Source of the DNA: Candidatus Melainabacteria bacterium
GTDB lineage: Bacteria; Cyanobacteriota; Vampirovibrionia; 2-02-FULL-35-15
DNA: 64,000 bases
Direction: 5' to 3'
NCBI GenBank assembly: GCA_023250155.1
Contig: JAHFBG010000010.1
Location: 17,832 to 81,831 of the forward strand
This document shows, in pieces, positions 19,637-29,005 of the stretch; position 1 is the stretch's first letter; the number at the start of each line of letters is the position of its first letter. Below the pieces are notes generated by a model. That model was not told where the DNA came from. It was given only the letters and a program-made list of their open reading frames with translations, and made no database searches. The translations under genes were made by a program, and so were the position numbers.

Positions 19637-21442
19637 TTAGGCTTTTACTGTGAATGTTTTCCCCGAAAATATATTAAAGACTGCTTTGGGTTCTTCAACA
19701 GTTCTTGTACTTGGAAACTTTTTAAGTAGATATGCCATACATAAAGCTTCCCATTTAAGTGTTTCAACTGAAAATGTTTCTCCAACACATCCTCTTATAC
19801 CTGTTCCAAATTGCCATTTGCCAACTTTATTAAGTGTTTCAAATTTAGCAGGATTAAATACTTCTTTACTATTAAGTGAGCCATCTTCTAAAAGGAGCCC
19901 ATTTCTCTTAAGTCCCTCTCTACAATAAGCTCCAAGTGGAAAAACTGCTTCTATATTTTGAGGAATATTGAATAAAGGATGAGCAAGATTATGGTTTTTA
20001 ATTAATTTTTTTAACTCACGATTCGTTAATTCAGTAATTTCTTCTTCTCGGGCTGGATTTCTAAATACAACTCTGGAATTTCTTGAAATAAACAATAGAG
20101 CTGGTTCGTATGCTAGAGCAGCCCATGCTGCAGCATGAAAAGGTCTTATTAAATTTTCGTTTTCAAGTGCCTCTTTCATCATGTCAGGAAGATTTGTAGA
20201 TTTAAATTGGTCTAATGCTTTAATTAGTTCTTGGCGAAAATCGGGATTGGTAAGAGCTATATAATCAAAATTGCTCCTTGAATTTGACCTGTTAAAATAA
20301 CCAGCACCAATCATTTCAAAAAATATTTTTGATGCTTCAAATGTAACTTCTTCTGGAGCACGATTACCTTCACTTGTTAGTTTTACGGCTCCTAGAGCAA
20401 ATGCATCAAGTAAGTCTTGTGGTTCACCACCATTTTGCTGAAGTTTTTGAATACGCTCACTCATCATATCAAGCCCAAAAAGATGTAAATCTTTAATTAT
20501 TTTTTCTTCAGATTGGTTTCTTCCACTAAAAATAGTTATTCCAGGTACAGGACTTAAGACCCTGGTTCTTATTAAATGCATAAATCCTTTATCAATACTA
20601 TTAACAACAAAATCCATTCGAGCTGGAGAGATATCCCCTACTATAGATTTAAAAAGTGTTTCTTTAATTGATTTATCCCATTCTTCTCTAAGATTAAATT
20701 CATTTCCTGATCTCAATAATTGTTCTATGTTAAGGGCATTGTCAAGAATGATTTGTACATTTTTTTCTCTTTTCTTTCCAACAGCCTCACCAAAAAAGTA
20801 CTTCTCATAATCAACAAGCTTTCTGGCAACTTGATGTCGTGGGCGATCTGGTGCACCAACTGGTCCAAGTCTTCCAAACAATTCTTGCATAACATCATAA
20901 CGTCCATCTTTTTTAGTGACCCAATACAATTTACCTTTAGTCCCATTATGCTCAACTATAAAGGGACTACCGCTCTTATCTTTTAATAGCATTCCTAATC
21001 TAGAATCACCGCTACCTAAACAGTGGTTAGTATCTGGATTAAATTGTTCAAATGGGGTTATATATAAGCCGCCACGTAAAGGAGTATATTCCACCTCTTC
21101 AATAGGAACCCTTTTAAGGAGTAGTTCTTCAAAAAGTTTATAATCTCCATTATATATTCGATATTCATCTCGTACTGTTCTAGGATTGAATATAACATGA
21201 ACTGCAAAAGAAACTAGACCTGTAAAATTTCTTCCAAGTTCACTAAGGGTTTTTTTAATTGTTGGTATTCCAGAGGAAAAATCAAGCCATAATGAGTTAT
21301 ATACTTCTTTAGCTAAAGTTTTTGTTGTTGAAGGAGAACTTTCAACAACTTTTTTTCTTTTAGAAGTAGCTGCACTTGCTACTTGTTCAAAGTGTTGTGG
21401 AAGAAGCGGGGAATTAACTTTACTTATTGCTACAGGGGACAT
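19637..21442 (-). CDS. Divergent cytochrome P450
   Basis: Heme signature FGTGIRGCVG (FxxGxRxCxG) near the C-terminus, EVFNPAKF (PERF-like), DLLDAF, I-helix-like FEMIGAGYFN. Confidence 0.7.
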   Translation of the reverse strand: MSPVAISKVNSPLLPQHFEQVASAATSKRKKVVESSPSTTKTLAKEVYNSLWLDFSSGIPTIKKTLSELGRNFTGLVSFAVHVIFNPRTVRDEYRIYNGDYKLFEELLLKRVPIEEVEYTPLRGGLYITPFEQFNPDTNHCLGSGDSRLGMLLKDKSGSPFIVEHNGTKGKLYWVTKKDGRYDVMQELFGRLGPVGAPDRPRHQVARKLVDYEKYFFGEAVGKKREKNVQIILDNALNIEQLLRSGNEFNLREEWDKSIKETLFKSIVGDISPARMDFVVNSIDKGFMHLIRTRVLSPVPGITIFSGRNQSEEKIIKDLHLFGLDMMSERIQKLQQNGGEPQDLLDAFALGAVKLTSEGNRAPEEVTFEASKIFFEMIGAGYFNRSNSRSNFDYIALTNPDFRQELIKALDQFKSTNLPDMMKEALENENLIRPFHAAAWAALAYEPALLFISRNSRVVFRNPAREEEITELTNRELKKLIKNHNLAHPLFNIPQNIEAVFPLGAYCREGLKRNGLLLEDGSLNSKEVFNPAKFETLNKVGKWQFGTGIRGCVGETFSVETLKWEALCMAYLLKKFPSTRTVEEPKAVFNIFSGKTFTVKA

Positions 21443-21672
21443 ATTTAACCTCTCAATATTATTTTTATTACTAAACCAAAACGAGCATCATTTTAACATA
21501 TAAGTTATTCACTCCATAAACAGTAAATATGTATAATTGATTCCTATCTAACTACCAAATTATTATTAGACAGCATAGATTTTGGACTTCCTTATGTCAC
21601 GTTATGAAACACCTGAGTAATTAACTTTTCACTCTTGAGCAATGTAAAATAAATAACAATTAAGGAGTTCAA

Positions 21673-22368
21673 ATGAAAATAATAAATACAAGTGTACTAA
21701 AGGTGCTTCCAATTTGTTTAATACCATTTGCACTTGATGGACATTTAAATAATACAGAGTTGAATCTAGACAATAAAGCAATTCTTAGATCTCTAGAAAA
21801 AGAAAATGTAACTCCACTGAGTTTGAAAGAGCTTCAAGAAAAAGAAAAAAAAGCAATTGCAGATGCAGAAATATTTTTAAAAACCTATACAGGAAATGGG
21901 AACTATAATTTTGGTTCAATGAATAGATTTATTGAAGGTTTAAAACTTGATTACAAAACAATACATGAAGAAGCAAAAACTTTAAAAGGGATAGATAAGC
22001 TTGCTGCAATGGCATATCCAAAAGATTATTTTCTTCTCCCGGGCTCTGCAAAATTAGTTGCAAAAGAAGTTGAAAAAAGAGGAAGGAAAAGTTTAACATT
22101 TTTTCTTGAGGAAGAAATGGGTGTTGATCCAAAGACTGGGAAAATAGAAGACAATAGTGAAATTAAAATTTATGTTACAAGACCAAAACTTGAGGAGTTT
22201 GCAAGAAATGCACATATTATAAAAAGTATGGTGAATAGAACATTGCCACCTGGAAAAGAAATGTCTTTTAAAGAAGGCATTAGCATGAAAATACTAAACT
22301 CGCTAAAAGAAGGAAAAATTCCTAAAGAAATAGAAGTTGTAAATGAAAGAACTGGGATTAAAAAATAA
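21673..22368 (+). CDS. Hypothetical protein
   Basis: 231-aa ORF with AAGGAG RBS. Confidence 0.7.
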   Translation: MKIINTSVLKVLPICLIPFALDGHLNNTELNLDNKAILRSLEKENVTPLSLKELQEKEKKAIADAEIFLKTYTGNGNYNFGSMNRFIEGLKLDYKTIHEEAKTLKGIDKLAAMAYPKDYFLLPGSAKLVAKEVEKRGRKSLTFFLEEEMGVDPKTGKIEDNSEIKIYVTRPKLEEFARNAHIIKSMVNRTLPPGKEMSFKEGISMKILNSLKEGKIPKEIEVVNERTGIKK

Positions 22369-22486
22369 AAACTCCCCGTGGCGAGTGAGTTTCGAAGGAT
22401 AATTATACTGGAAACACCTTATATTTTTAGGAAAGCTGCTTGATACTACAGCGTCACATTTTGTTTATTGAGTTCTTCTACTTAGA

Positions 22487-23011
22487 TCAGATGTGGCGGC
22501 ATGGTCGGCTAGGGTCCATAACTTTACGGGCACTCTCAGCACCAGCAATCGGCAGTCCAGTAGGATCGATCAAGCCAATTTGAGCCAGCACACCTGCCTG
22601 ATCCCAGTAAATATGCTCATGGGCTATTTTCCCTCCTTCAACTTTGACAATGACAGCTACAGCCATTTCGACTTTTTTGCCAGTGGGTGCTATGCCCGGT
22701 AGCATCCAGTCAATGACCTTTGTGTGGGTAAAACGGATAATCACTTCATCGACAATTTGATCGTCTCCAACTGTACGCGACACATTGATCATTTCAACAT
22801 CGGGTGGGAAAAATTTCCCGACTAAATGATTTGCATAAAAATCTCTGACACCTTTGTAACCAACACCGCCTGTAATCAGTGGGACATTAGTCAGATGCGG
22901 CTTATCAGTCATGGTGTCCATGGTTGCTTCAATGTCGCCGTCTAACTCGGCTTTGACGTGTCGGTCAAAAAGGTCGACCATAGCTTGTCGTTTTGGGTCT
23001 AAATTACTCAT
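22487..23011 (-). CDS. SnoaL-like / NTF2-fold (ester cyclase family) protein
   Basis: VDEVIIRFTHTKVIDWMLPGIAPTGKKVE and IAHEHIYWDQAGVL; visibly higher GC than flanks. Confidence 0.85.
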   Translation of the reverse strand: MSNLDPKRQAMVDLFDRHVKAELDGDIEATMDTMTDKPHLTNVPLITGGVGYKGVRDFYANHLVGKFFPPDVEMINVSRTVGDDQIVDEVIIRFTHTKVIDWMLPGIAPTGKKVEMAVAVIVKVEGGKIAHEHIYWDQAGVLAQIGLIDPTGLPIAGAESARKVMDPSRPCRHI

Positions 23012-23387
23012 TTTGCAAATCCTTAAACAAATCCGAAAGTAATATTAAAGACTTGCGCTGGTTAAGAAAGTTCGGGCTTGCACATACTAAAGAAAAGCCT
23101 TATGTTTTTAGACAGCAAAATCCAATTTGTATCTAGTGAATAAATTTAGATTTACAATAATAAAAACTCTTAAAGTTAATAGCAGCAAGGGTTTTACAGA
23201 TACGAACCCCCATTGGTTGATGCTCTTAGATTTCAAGAACGAAAATGCAATTTAACTTGTAAAAAATCCATAATTAGTTCATTCAGCATAATAGCCCTAA
23301 ATTTTCTTAAGCAAATTTAATGTAATTAATTTACCGATTTGCCGATTCTTTAATATTGAACGGTGGTATTACCAGGAGGTATGTATA

Positions 23388-24224
23388 ATGTTTGTATTAC
23401 AAATAAATAGGATAGGTGACAATTCCGGAATAAATAGACAGAAAAATTCAAATCAAATTCCAGAAGATATTTTGAAAGGTTCTATTGAAAAAGCTATCAA
23501 TAGCCCAGTATATTCGGAAGATAGAGTAGGAAATGGTAATTCTATAGATCTTGCTGGAAATAGTCTAAATATAGAGGATTACTATAATAAGGACATAGTT
23601 GCATTTGAGGAAAATGTGGAATCCGTAACAAAAGGTGATGTTAATGGAGATGGGAAAGTAGATATGGGTGATTCTACTGATCTTTGGTTAAGTATTTCTC
23701 ACCTAGATATGGATCATCGCGGATGGTTGGATAAAGAAGATTATAGACTTCTAGAAGAACAACTTAAAAGATTAAGTCCTGATGATAAAAGGCCGCGTCT
23801 TGAAACTCTTGCACGTATGTTAAGTGAAGGAGATATGAATAATGATGGAAGAGTCGATCAAACCGATTTTCTCACTTTAATGGAGAAAGTAGAGATACCA
23901 CCAAACCATAAAAAGGAAGACGATCTTGAAACAATTAAACTGTTATCAAATTCTTTGTTAGATACTCCACAATATGTTATAGGTAATCGTATACCAGATA
24001 TTGCCTTTCTTGGAAAAATATTGGAGAGGTACACAAATACTGAATATGACGCTAGTAAAGCACAGAAATTGGTAGAGTTCTTTCTAGTAAATAAAAGTGA
24101 TTTAACTGGAGATGGTAAGGTTGATCCTCAGGATGTAATTACTTTCTGGCAGACTCCAAGTAATCCTCCTCAGGATGGTAGAGGTGATGTTAGTGGAGAT
24201 GGGAAAGCAGACGAATCTAAGTAA
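23388..24224 (+). CDS. Protein with dockerin/EF-hand-like Ca-binding loops
   Basis: GDVNGDGKVD, GDMNNDGRVD, DLTGDGKVD, GDVSGDGKAD; AGGAGGT RBS. Confidence 0.7.
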   Translation: MFVLQINRIGDNSGINRQKNSNQIPEDILKGSIEKAINSPVYSEDRVGNGNSIDLAGNSLNIEDYYNKDIVAFEENVESVTKGDVNGDGKVDMGDSTDLWLSISHLDMDHRGWLDKEDYRLLEEQLKRLSPDDKRPRLETLARMLSEGDMNNDGRVDQTDFLTLMEKVEIPPNHKKEDDLETIKLLSNSLLDTPQYVIGNRIPDIAFLGKILERYTNTEYDASKAQKLVEFFLVNKSDLTGDGKVDPQDVITFWQTPSNPPQDGRGDVSGDGKADESK

Positions 24225-24291
24225 ATCAAATAGAGCAAATATTAGCAGGCTTAAAGCTGGTGAGCTTTTGGAGATAGCAGCTTATTTGAAC

Positions 24292-25119
24292 CTATTTGTT
24301 TTCAGTAAGTTGTAGTAAAGCTAATCTAACAAAACTTCCATGACTGGCATAAAGATTATTTATATTTCCTTCTGTTAATGGCATCCAGGCAACATCTTCT
24401 TCACCAGTACCAGCTTTTGGATTTATACGACTGGCTAGGTCATTAGGAAGATATTTGTGAAAAACGCTAGTTTCAAACCAGGCATTGTCAGTATTTCTTG
24501 GGTCATCTACATAACCTTGATATAAAAGAACGGCGTCATCCATATTTAATTCAACACCCGATTCTTCTCCCAATTCTCTTGCAGCAGTTTTAGAAATTCT
24601 TTCCCCTTCGTCTACTTTCCCACCAGGAATTGCCCATTGTCCATTATCTTTCCTTTTTATAGCAAGCATTTCAAATTGTCCGGTTTTAGTGTTTAATCTG
24701 GTAATAATAGGATCAGCTGCAAAATTTGCTCCCCATTTTTCTAAAACTCCTCTTCCACGCAAACCTGTTCGTCCTCTTGGATTCAGCGGGTAACCATTTG
24801 AATCCAATCTAATCTCAGCTGATTCATAAGTAGTAAATTTTCTTTTAACATCACGAATATTTTCAGGATCAACTACACGTTCAAAAGTACCAGCCAGGTA
24901 TTTTTGGTGCTTTTTTATAACTACATCACTTAGATAATATTGCGGATTGTATTCAGGAAAAGATTCTTCAAAAGGCACTTTATCTTCAGGAACTAAAAAT
25001 CTATCCGGGTAAGAAGAAAACTTCTCTGTTCTAGCTTTTACATGAGGTGTAGCTAAGTAACCATTACTGTTTCTCTGAATAACAATTGTTTTATCAACAG
25101 CTCTATTTACTTGAATCAT
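24292..25119 (-). CDS. NUDT9-like ADP-ribose pyrophosphatase (Nudix)
   Basis: PLNPRGRTGLRGRGVLEKWGANFAADPIITR, WAIPGGKVDEGE...RELGEE, YQGYVDDPRNTDNAWFET, LYASH. Confidence 0.88.
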   Translation of the reverse strand: MIQVNRAVDKTIVIQRNSNGYLATPHVKARTEKFSSYPDRFLVPEDKVPFEESFPEYNPQYYLSDVVIKKHQKYLAGTFERVVDPENIRDVKRKFTTYESAEIRLDSNGYPLNPRGRTGLRGRGVLEKWGANFAADPIITRLNTKTGQFEMLAIKRKDNGQWAIPGGKVDEGERISKTAARELGEESGVELNMDDAVLLYQGYVDDPRNTDNAWFETSVFHKYLPNDLASRINPKAGTGEEDVAWMPLTEGNINNLYASHGSFVRLALLQLTENK

Positions 25120-25595
25120 AATTCTATAATTTCCTTAAATAATTTAATTTACTAAACTATACAAACATGTTAGCAAATACAAAAAAAAATACATTTAAGG
25201 TTTTTAGAAAAGTGCCAAAAACCCTTTAACCAAGCACATATAAAATAACATTCATAATTATTTAACATTTAGGTTAAGAGATTAACCTAAATTACGCTGA
25301 ACTAAAGGTTTTTAAGGAGTTAATAATTCTTGGGGTTACTTACTCTTAGTGCTACTCACTATATATTACAGTTGTGAAGTTGCTTTGTTGTTACTCCTTT
25401 AAATCTAAAACCCACTCTTGTTGGATGAACCATATGAAGACTTGTTTAATTATGTCCTCTTTGGTCTTGGTAATTAGTTTCTTAATTAGTTCTTGTGTAT
25501 AGGAAATTCCATACGTTGCTTTTAGTAATCTTAATATCAAGTAATTGAAGCTTGATCTCAAATTCTTTTCTTAAGTTTATTTGTAAAATAATAAT

Positions 25596-25640
25596 AAAAA
25601 AAGCTCTTAGTTAAAAGCAAAAGCTAATATCTAAGAGCTA
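25596..25640 (-). terminator. Intrinsic terminator downstream of tRNA-Asn
   Basis: Minus strand AGCTCTTAG...CTAAGAGCT followed by a T run. Confidence 0.65.
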
Positions 25641-25686
25641 TTTAAAAACTCCCGGGAGAGGACTTGAACCTCCGACCAATCGGTTA

Positions 25687-26193
25687 CTATCTGACTCCAA
25701 TTACTTGGAGAGTCGGACTTTCTCTTCACCTTCAACTTTACGTTAAGGTGGTAGGTGTAAAGTCTCTGCACTCGGATAATTATTTATCCTAGCTCAGGAT
25801 TGCCCGTTATCTCTCGATACTTGGGTTTCCCTGAATTAGCCTACTTTTTCACCGTAATATTACTACTACGGGCTGCTAACTTTGAATGTAACTCTCTATG
25901 GCAATTAGCACATAACATTATGCACTTATCAAGTTCTTCTTTCACTCTGTCCCAACCTCGTGTATATCCTTTACTAGAAATACTAAAGTCTTTTTGTTTT
26001 GGATCAAGGTGATGAAATTCAAGAGCCTCAGCACAGCGAAAATAACCACAAGATTCACATTTGCTACCTTTATATTCAATAGCATTAATTCGAATCTGTT
26101 TTCTTCTCTTTCTAACAGCATTGATTAAATACTGTTTTCTATCACTGTACTTTCTGGTTTCTTTTTTAACCATAGATTCTTAACATTTATTTT
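25687..26193 (-). ncRNA. Group I self-splicing intron (IC3-like, 507 nt) at anticodon position 35/36
   Basis: 5' exon ends in U and intron ends in G. IGS GUUAGCAGCC (25880-25871) pairs with exon GGCUGU (P1) and 3' exon UAAC (P10). Core elements AATTCAGGGAA (P), AATCCTGAGC (Q), GTGCAGAGACT (R), AAGAGAAAGTCC (S). Confidence 0.9.
25841..26173 (-). CDS. Intron-encoded HNH homing endonuclease
   Basis: CESCG...LEFHHLDP...KCIMLCANCHRELH Zn-binding HNH pattern, located inside the intron. Confidence 0.85.
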   Translation of the reverse strand: MVKKETRKYSDRKQYLINAVRKRRKQIRINAIEYKGSKCESCGYFRCAEALEFHHLDPKQKDFSISSKGYTRGWDRVKEELDKCIMLCANCHRELHSKLAARSSNITVKK

Positions 26194-26415
26194 ACAGCCG
26201 ATCGCTCTACCACTGAGCTACCCGGGAATATCAGAGTACAAATTAATTGATAATTAAAAATTGAGAATTGAAAATTAAAGAATTTACTAATCACCAATTT
26301 TTCAGTAACCTATACTAGCGCATTTTAAAACTGCTGTCATCTGATTGTTGAGCTTATGATGTTATAAGTCTAAGGATACAAAAATATCAATTATAATTAA
26401 CCATTAGTAAGACAT

Positions 26416-26826
26416 ATGCCAATAAAGAAAAAAAGTATATTCCCAACCATAAAAATTGGTACCGATATTTGTCAAATAAACCGTGTCAAAGCTGCCTATA
26501 AACGATTGGGAAAAAGATTCTTAAAGAGAATTTTAACTGAAAGTGAAATTAAGTATGTTACCTCAAGTAAGAAAAATTTAATTTATAGACTTGCAGGGCG
26601 ATTTGCAGCGAAAGAAGCTATATCAAAGGTCTTAGGTACTGGGCTCAGAGGGGTTTACTTTAAAGAAATTGAGATTTTAAGAGAAAAGTCTGGGGCACCT
26701 AAAGTTCTCTTGCATAAGCGAGCTAAAAAAATCTCACAAGAAAAAAAACTATCTAACTTTGAAGTATCTATATCTCATGAGAAAGATTTTTCAATTGCTA
26801 TTGCTATTGCATTACATAAAAAGTAA
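26416..26826 (+). CDS. acpS: Holo-[acyl-carrier-protein] synthase
   Basis: IGTDI, LAGRFAAKEAISKVLGTG, VSISHE. Confidence 0.93.
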   Translation: MPIKKKSIFPTIKIGTDICQINRVKAAYKRLGKRFLKRILTESEIKYVTSSKKNLIYRLAGRFAAKEAISKVLGTGLRGVYFKEIEILREKSGAPKVLLHKRAKKISQEKKLSNFEVSISHEKDFSIAIAIALHKK

Positions 26827-26832
26827 TTAGTA

Positions 26833-27024
26833 CTACTTAGAAACAGTTGGCTTTAGTTTTAAAGGCATAGCAAAGGCCAATACCTTTTTGGCTATACTTT
26901 CATTTACACAAGGGATCTTAATCTTCTTATTGTTAACCTTTTCAATAACAATGTAATAAGGATAAGAAGCTATATTTTGATTAAGAATGTTGTCTTTAGA
27001 TTGTAATAATAATGTGTCTTCCAT
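26833..27024 (-). CDS. Small hypothetical protein
   Basis: 63-aa ORF with AAGG RBS. Confidence 0.5.
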   Translation of the reverse strand: MEDTLLLQSKDNILNQNIASYPYYIVIEKVNNKKIKIPCVNESIAKKVLAFAMPLKLKPTVSK

Positions 27025-27258
27025 AAATACCTTTTCTCTATCCTATAATTTATAAGAATAGAGTATCAATTTCCTAAACTAAAGGCAATTCTTGACAAAG
27101 AGGGAACTTTTTGTATCCTAGGATTAACAAGGTTCTTGCAAAGTTACAAATTGTATAATTAAATTTTCATTCAATATACTGACAGGTTCTTGACATATAT
27201 CTGTTATACAAGGTTACAATATAAGCGCAAGTACGCAGAAAGGAATAGAAACACAATA

Positions 27259-27552
27259 ATGATTTTAGAAGAATTTGTAAGTTTCTACCATAAGAATAAA
27301 GGTAAAAAAAAGCAAGTCAAAGAAGTCTTAATTAATTGGCTTAAGTTAGAACTTGGATCTTTACCTAAGAAAAACTACCAAAAAGTTTTACATAATGAGC
27401 TAACTATTATTGAAGATGGCAGCATTGTACCGAAAAATAAACAAGGTGAAAATTTGCTTAGCTCACTGATTAGAATGACTAATATTCTTGAAGAAAAAGA
27501 ATTTGAGTCATGGGCAACGGGTGTTAAACCCAAGGATTTTATGCATGCCTAA
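27259..27552 (+). CDS. Hypothetical protein
   Basis: ATG 27259 after AAGGA; overlaps the epimerase start. Confidence 0.6.
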   Translation: MILEEFVSFYHKNKGKKKQVKEVLINWLKLELGSLPKKNYQKVLHNELTIIEDGSIVPKNKQGENLLSSLIRMTNILEEKEFESWATGVKPKDFMHA

Positions 27553-28513
27553 GGCTTTAGTTACTGGGTGTAGTGGATTTATTGGAAGTCATTTAACAGA
27601 GAAGTTACTAGACTTGAATTATAAAGTAATTGGGATAGATGATTTCAATGACTACTATGATCCTAAGATTAAAGAGAGAAACATAGTTGGATTTAAAAAC
27701 AATAAAAACTTTTCTCTTAACAAATTTGATATTAGAGATAATGATTCTGTAAGTGACTTGTTTAAAAGAGAAAATCCTGATGTCGTGGTACATTTAGCTG
27801 CCCGTGCTGGTGTAAGACCATCCTTGCTTCAACCTATTCTATATGAGGAAGTGAATGTAATAGGTACACTAAACCTTCTTGAAGCTGCAAGAAATAATAA
27901 TTGTCAAAGGTTTATATTTGGCTCAAGTAGCTCTGTTTATGGAGAGTGTAAAAATATCCCTTTTAAAGAAACTGAACTAGACTTAAAGCCAATATCTCCA
28001 TATGGAGTGAGCAAACTAACTGGTGAAAACTATTGCAGAACTTATAACCATTTATTTAAATTGCCTATTATTTGTCTTAGATTCTTTACTGTTTATGGAC
28101 CACGTCAAAGACCTGATCTAGCTATTCATAAATTCACAAAACTAATTGATGAGGGAAAATCAATACCTGTCTTTGGAGATGGGCAGTATAAAAGAGATTT
28201 TACATATGTTACTGAAATAGTAGATGGGATAATTTCTTCGATTAGTTATTCTAAAACAAGTTTTGAAATTTTTAATCTTGGTGAGTCACACACTACATCA
28301 GTAACTGATTTGGTTAAGATGTTAGAAAATACAATTGGCAAAAAAGTTCTTATAGACTGGCAGCCAGCACAAGCAGGTGATGTACCCCTGACCTATGCAG
28401 ATGTTAGCAAAGCACAAGAACTGTTAAAATACAGCCCAAAAACAGCACCAGAAGAAGGAATTAAAAAGTTTGTAGATTGGTATTTGAAAGATAAAAGCTC
28501 TGTACTTGTCTAG
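27545..28513 (+). CDS. NAD-dependent epimerase/dehydratase (UDP-glucuronate 4-epimerase-like)
   Basis: VTGCSGFIG, HLAARAGVRPS, SSSSVYG, YGVSK, LRFFTVYGPRQRPDLAI. Confidence 0.92.
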   Translation: MPKALVTGCSGFIGSHLTEKLLDLNYKVIGIDDFNDYYDPKIKERNIVGFKNNKNFSLNKFDIRDNDSVSDLFKRENPDVVVHLAARAGVRPSLLQPILYEEVNVIGTLNLLEAARNNNCQRFIFGSSSSVYGECKNIPFKETELDLKPISPYGVSKLTGENYCRTYNHLFKLPIICLRFFTVYGPRQRPDLAIHKFTKLIDEGKSIPVFGDGQYKRDFTYVTEIVDGIISSISYSKTSFEIFNLGESHTTSVTDLVKMLENTIGKKVLIDWQPAQAGDVPLTYADVSKAQELLKYSPKTAPEEGIKKFVDWYLKDKSSVLV

Positions 28514-28575
28514 ACTCAGGTCTTTTAGACCTTAACCTTAATTTATTAGCTTATAATATTTTAGAGGTTTGCAAA

Positions 28576-29004
28576 ATGAAAATTCAACAAGCTACACAAG
28601 CAGATTTAAAAAACATAGTATCGTTAAACAAATTATTTCATCTTAATATACCTGGGTTTAGGTGGGATACAGAACCATGGATCTCTGATGAGATTGAACA
28701 AGGGAATTTTCATATTTTAAAACATCAGAAATCTGCTTATGGTGCTGTTTGCTTACACTTAGCTACAGAAGCATATATTGAAACAATAGCAGTAGATAAA
28801 GAAAAACAAGGTCAAGGCCATGGGAAAAAACTCATTGATTTTTGTGCAGAAGAAGCCATGAAACATGGAAAGCATAAATTGGTAGTTGAGTCCTTTTGTG
28901 AATATAAGCTAGAAGATTTTTATACAAAATGTGGTTTTGAATTAGAATCTATAAAGGGTAATTTGAATGATCATCCGTATAATGTATTTTCTAAAGAGTT
29001 TTAA
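28576..29004 (+). CDS. GNAT acetyltransferase
   Basis: IAVDKEKQGQGHGKKL; FYTKCGF. Confidence 0.85.
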   Translation: MKIQQATQADLKNIVSLNKLFHLNIPGFRWDTEPWISDEIEQGNFHILKHQKSAYGAVCLHLATEAYIETIAVDKEKQGQGHGKKLIDFCAEEAMKHGKHKLVVESFCEYKLEDFYTKCGFELESIKGNLNDHPYNVFSKEF

Positions 29005-29005
29005 T

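Larger units (their letters stand above)
25649..26227 (-). tRNA. trnN: tRNA-Asn(GUU), split gene: exons 26227-26194 and 25686-25649; no encoded CCA
   Basis: Joined exons give TCCCGGGTAGCTCAGTGGTAGAGCGATCGGCTGT|TAACCGATTGGTCGGAGGTTCAAGTCCTCTCCCGGGAG, a full cloverleaf with anticodon GTT. Confidence 0.93.

Noticed and set aside
25267-25292. Perfect 11-bp inverted repeat ATTTAGGTTAA-GAGA-TTAACCTAAAT
   Set aside because: Real but AT-rich; cannot distinguish operator, terminator or chance.
25391-25561. 56-aa minus-strand TTG ORF downstream of the tRNA
   Set aside because: Short, weak start and no recognisable homology.
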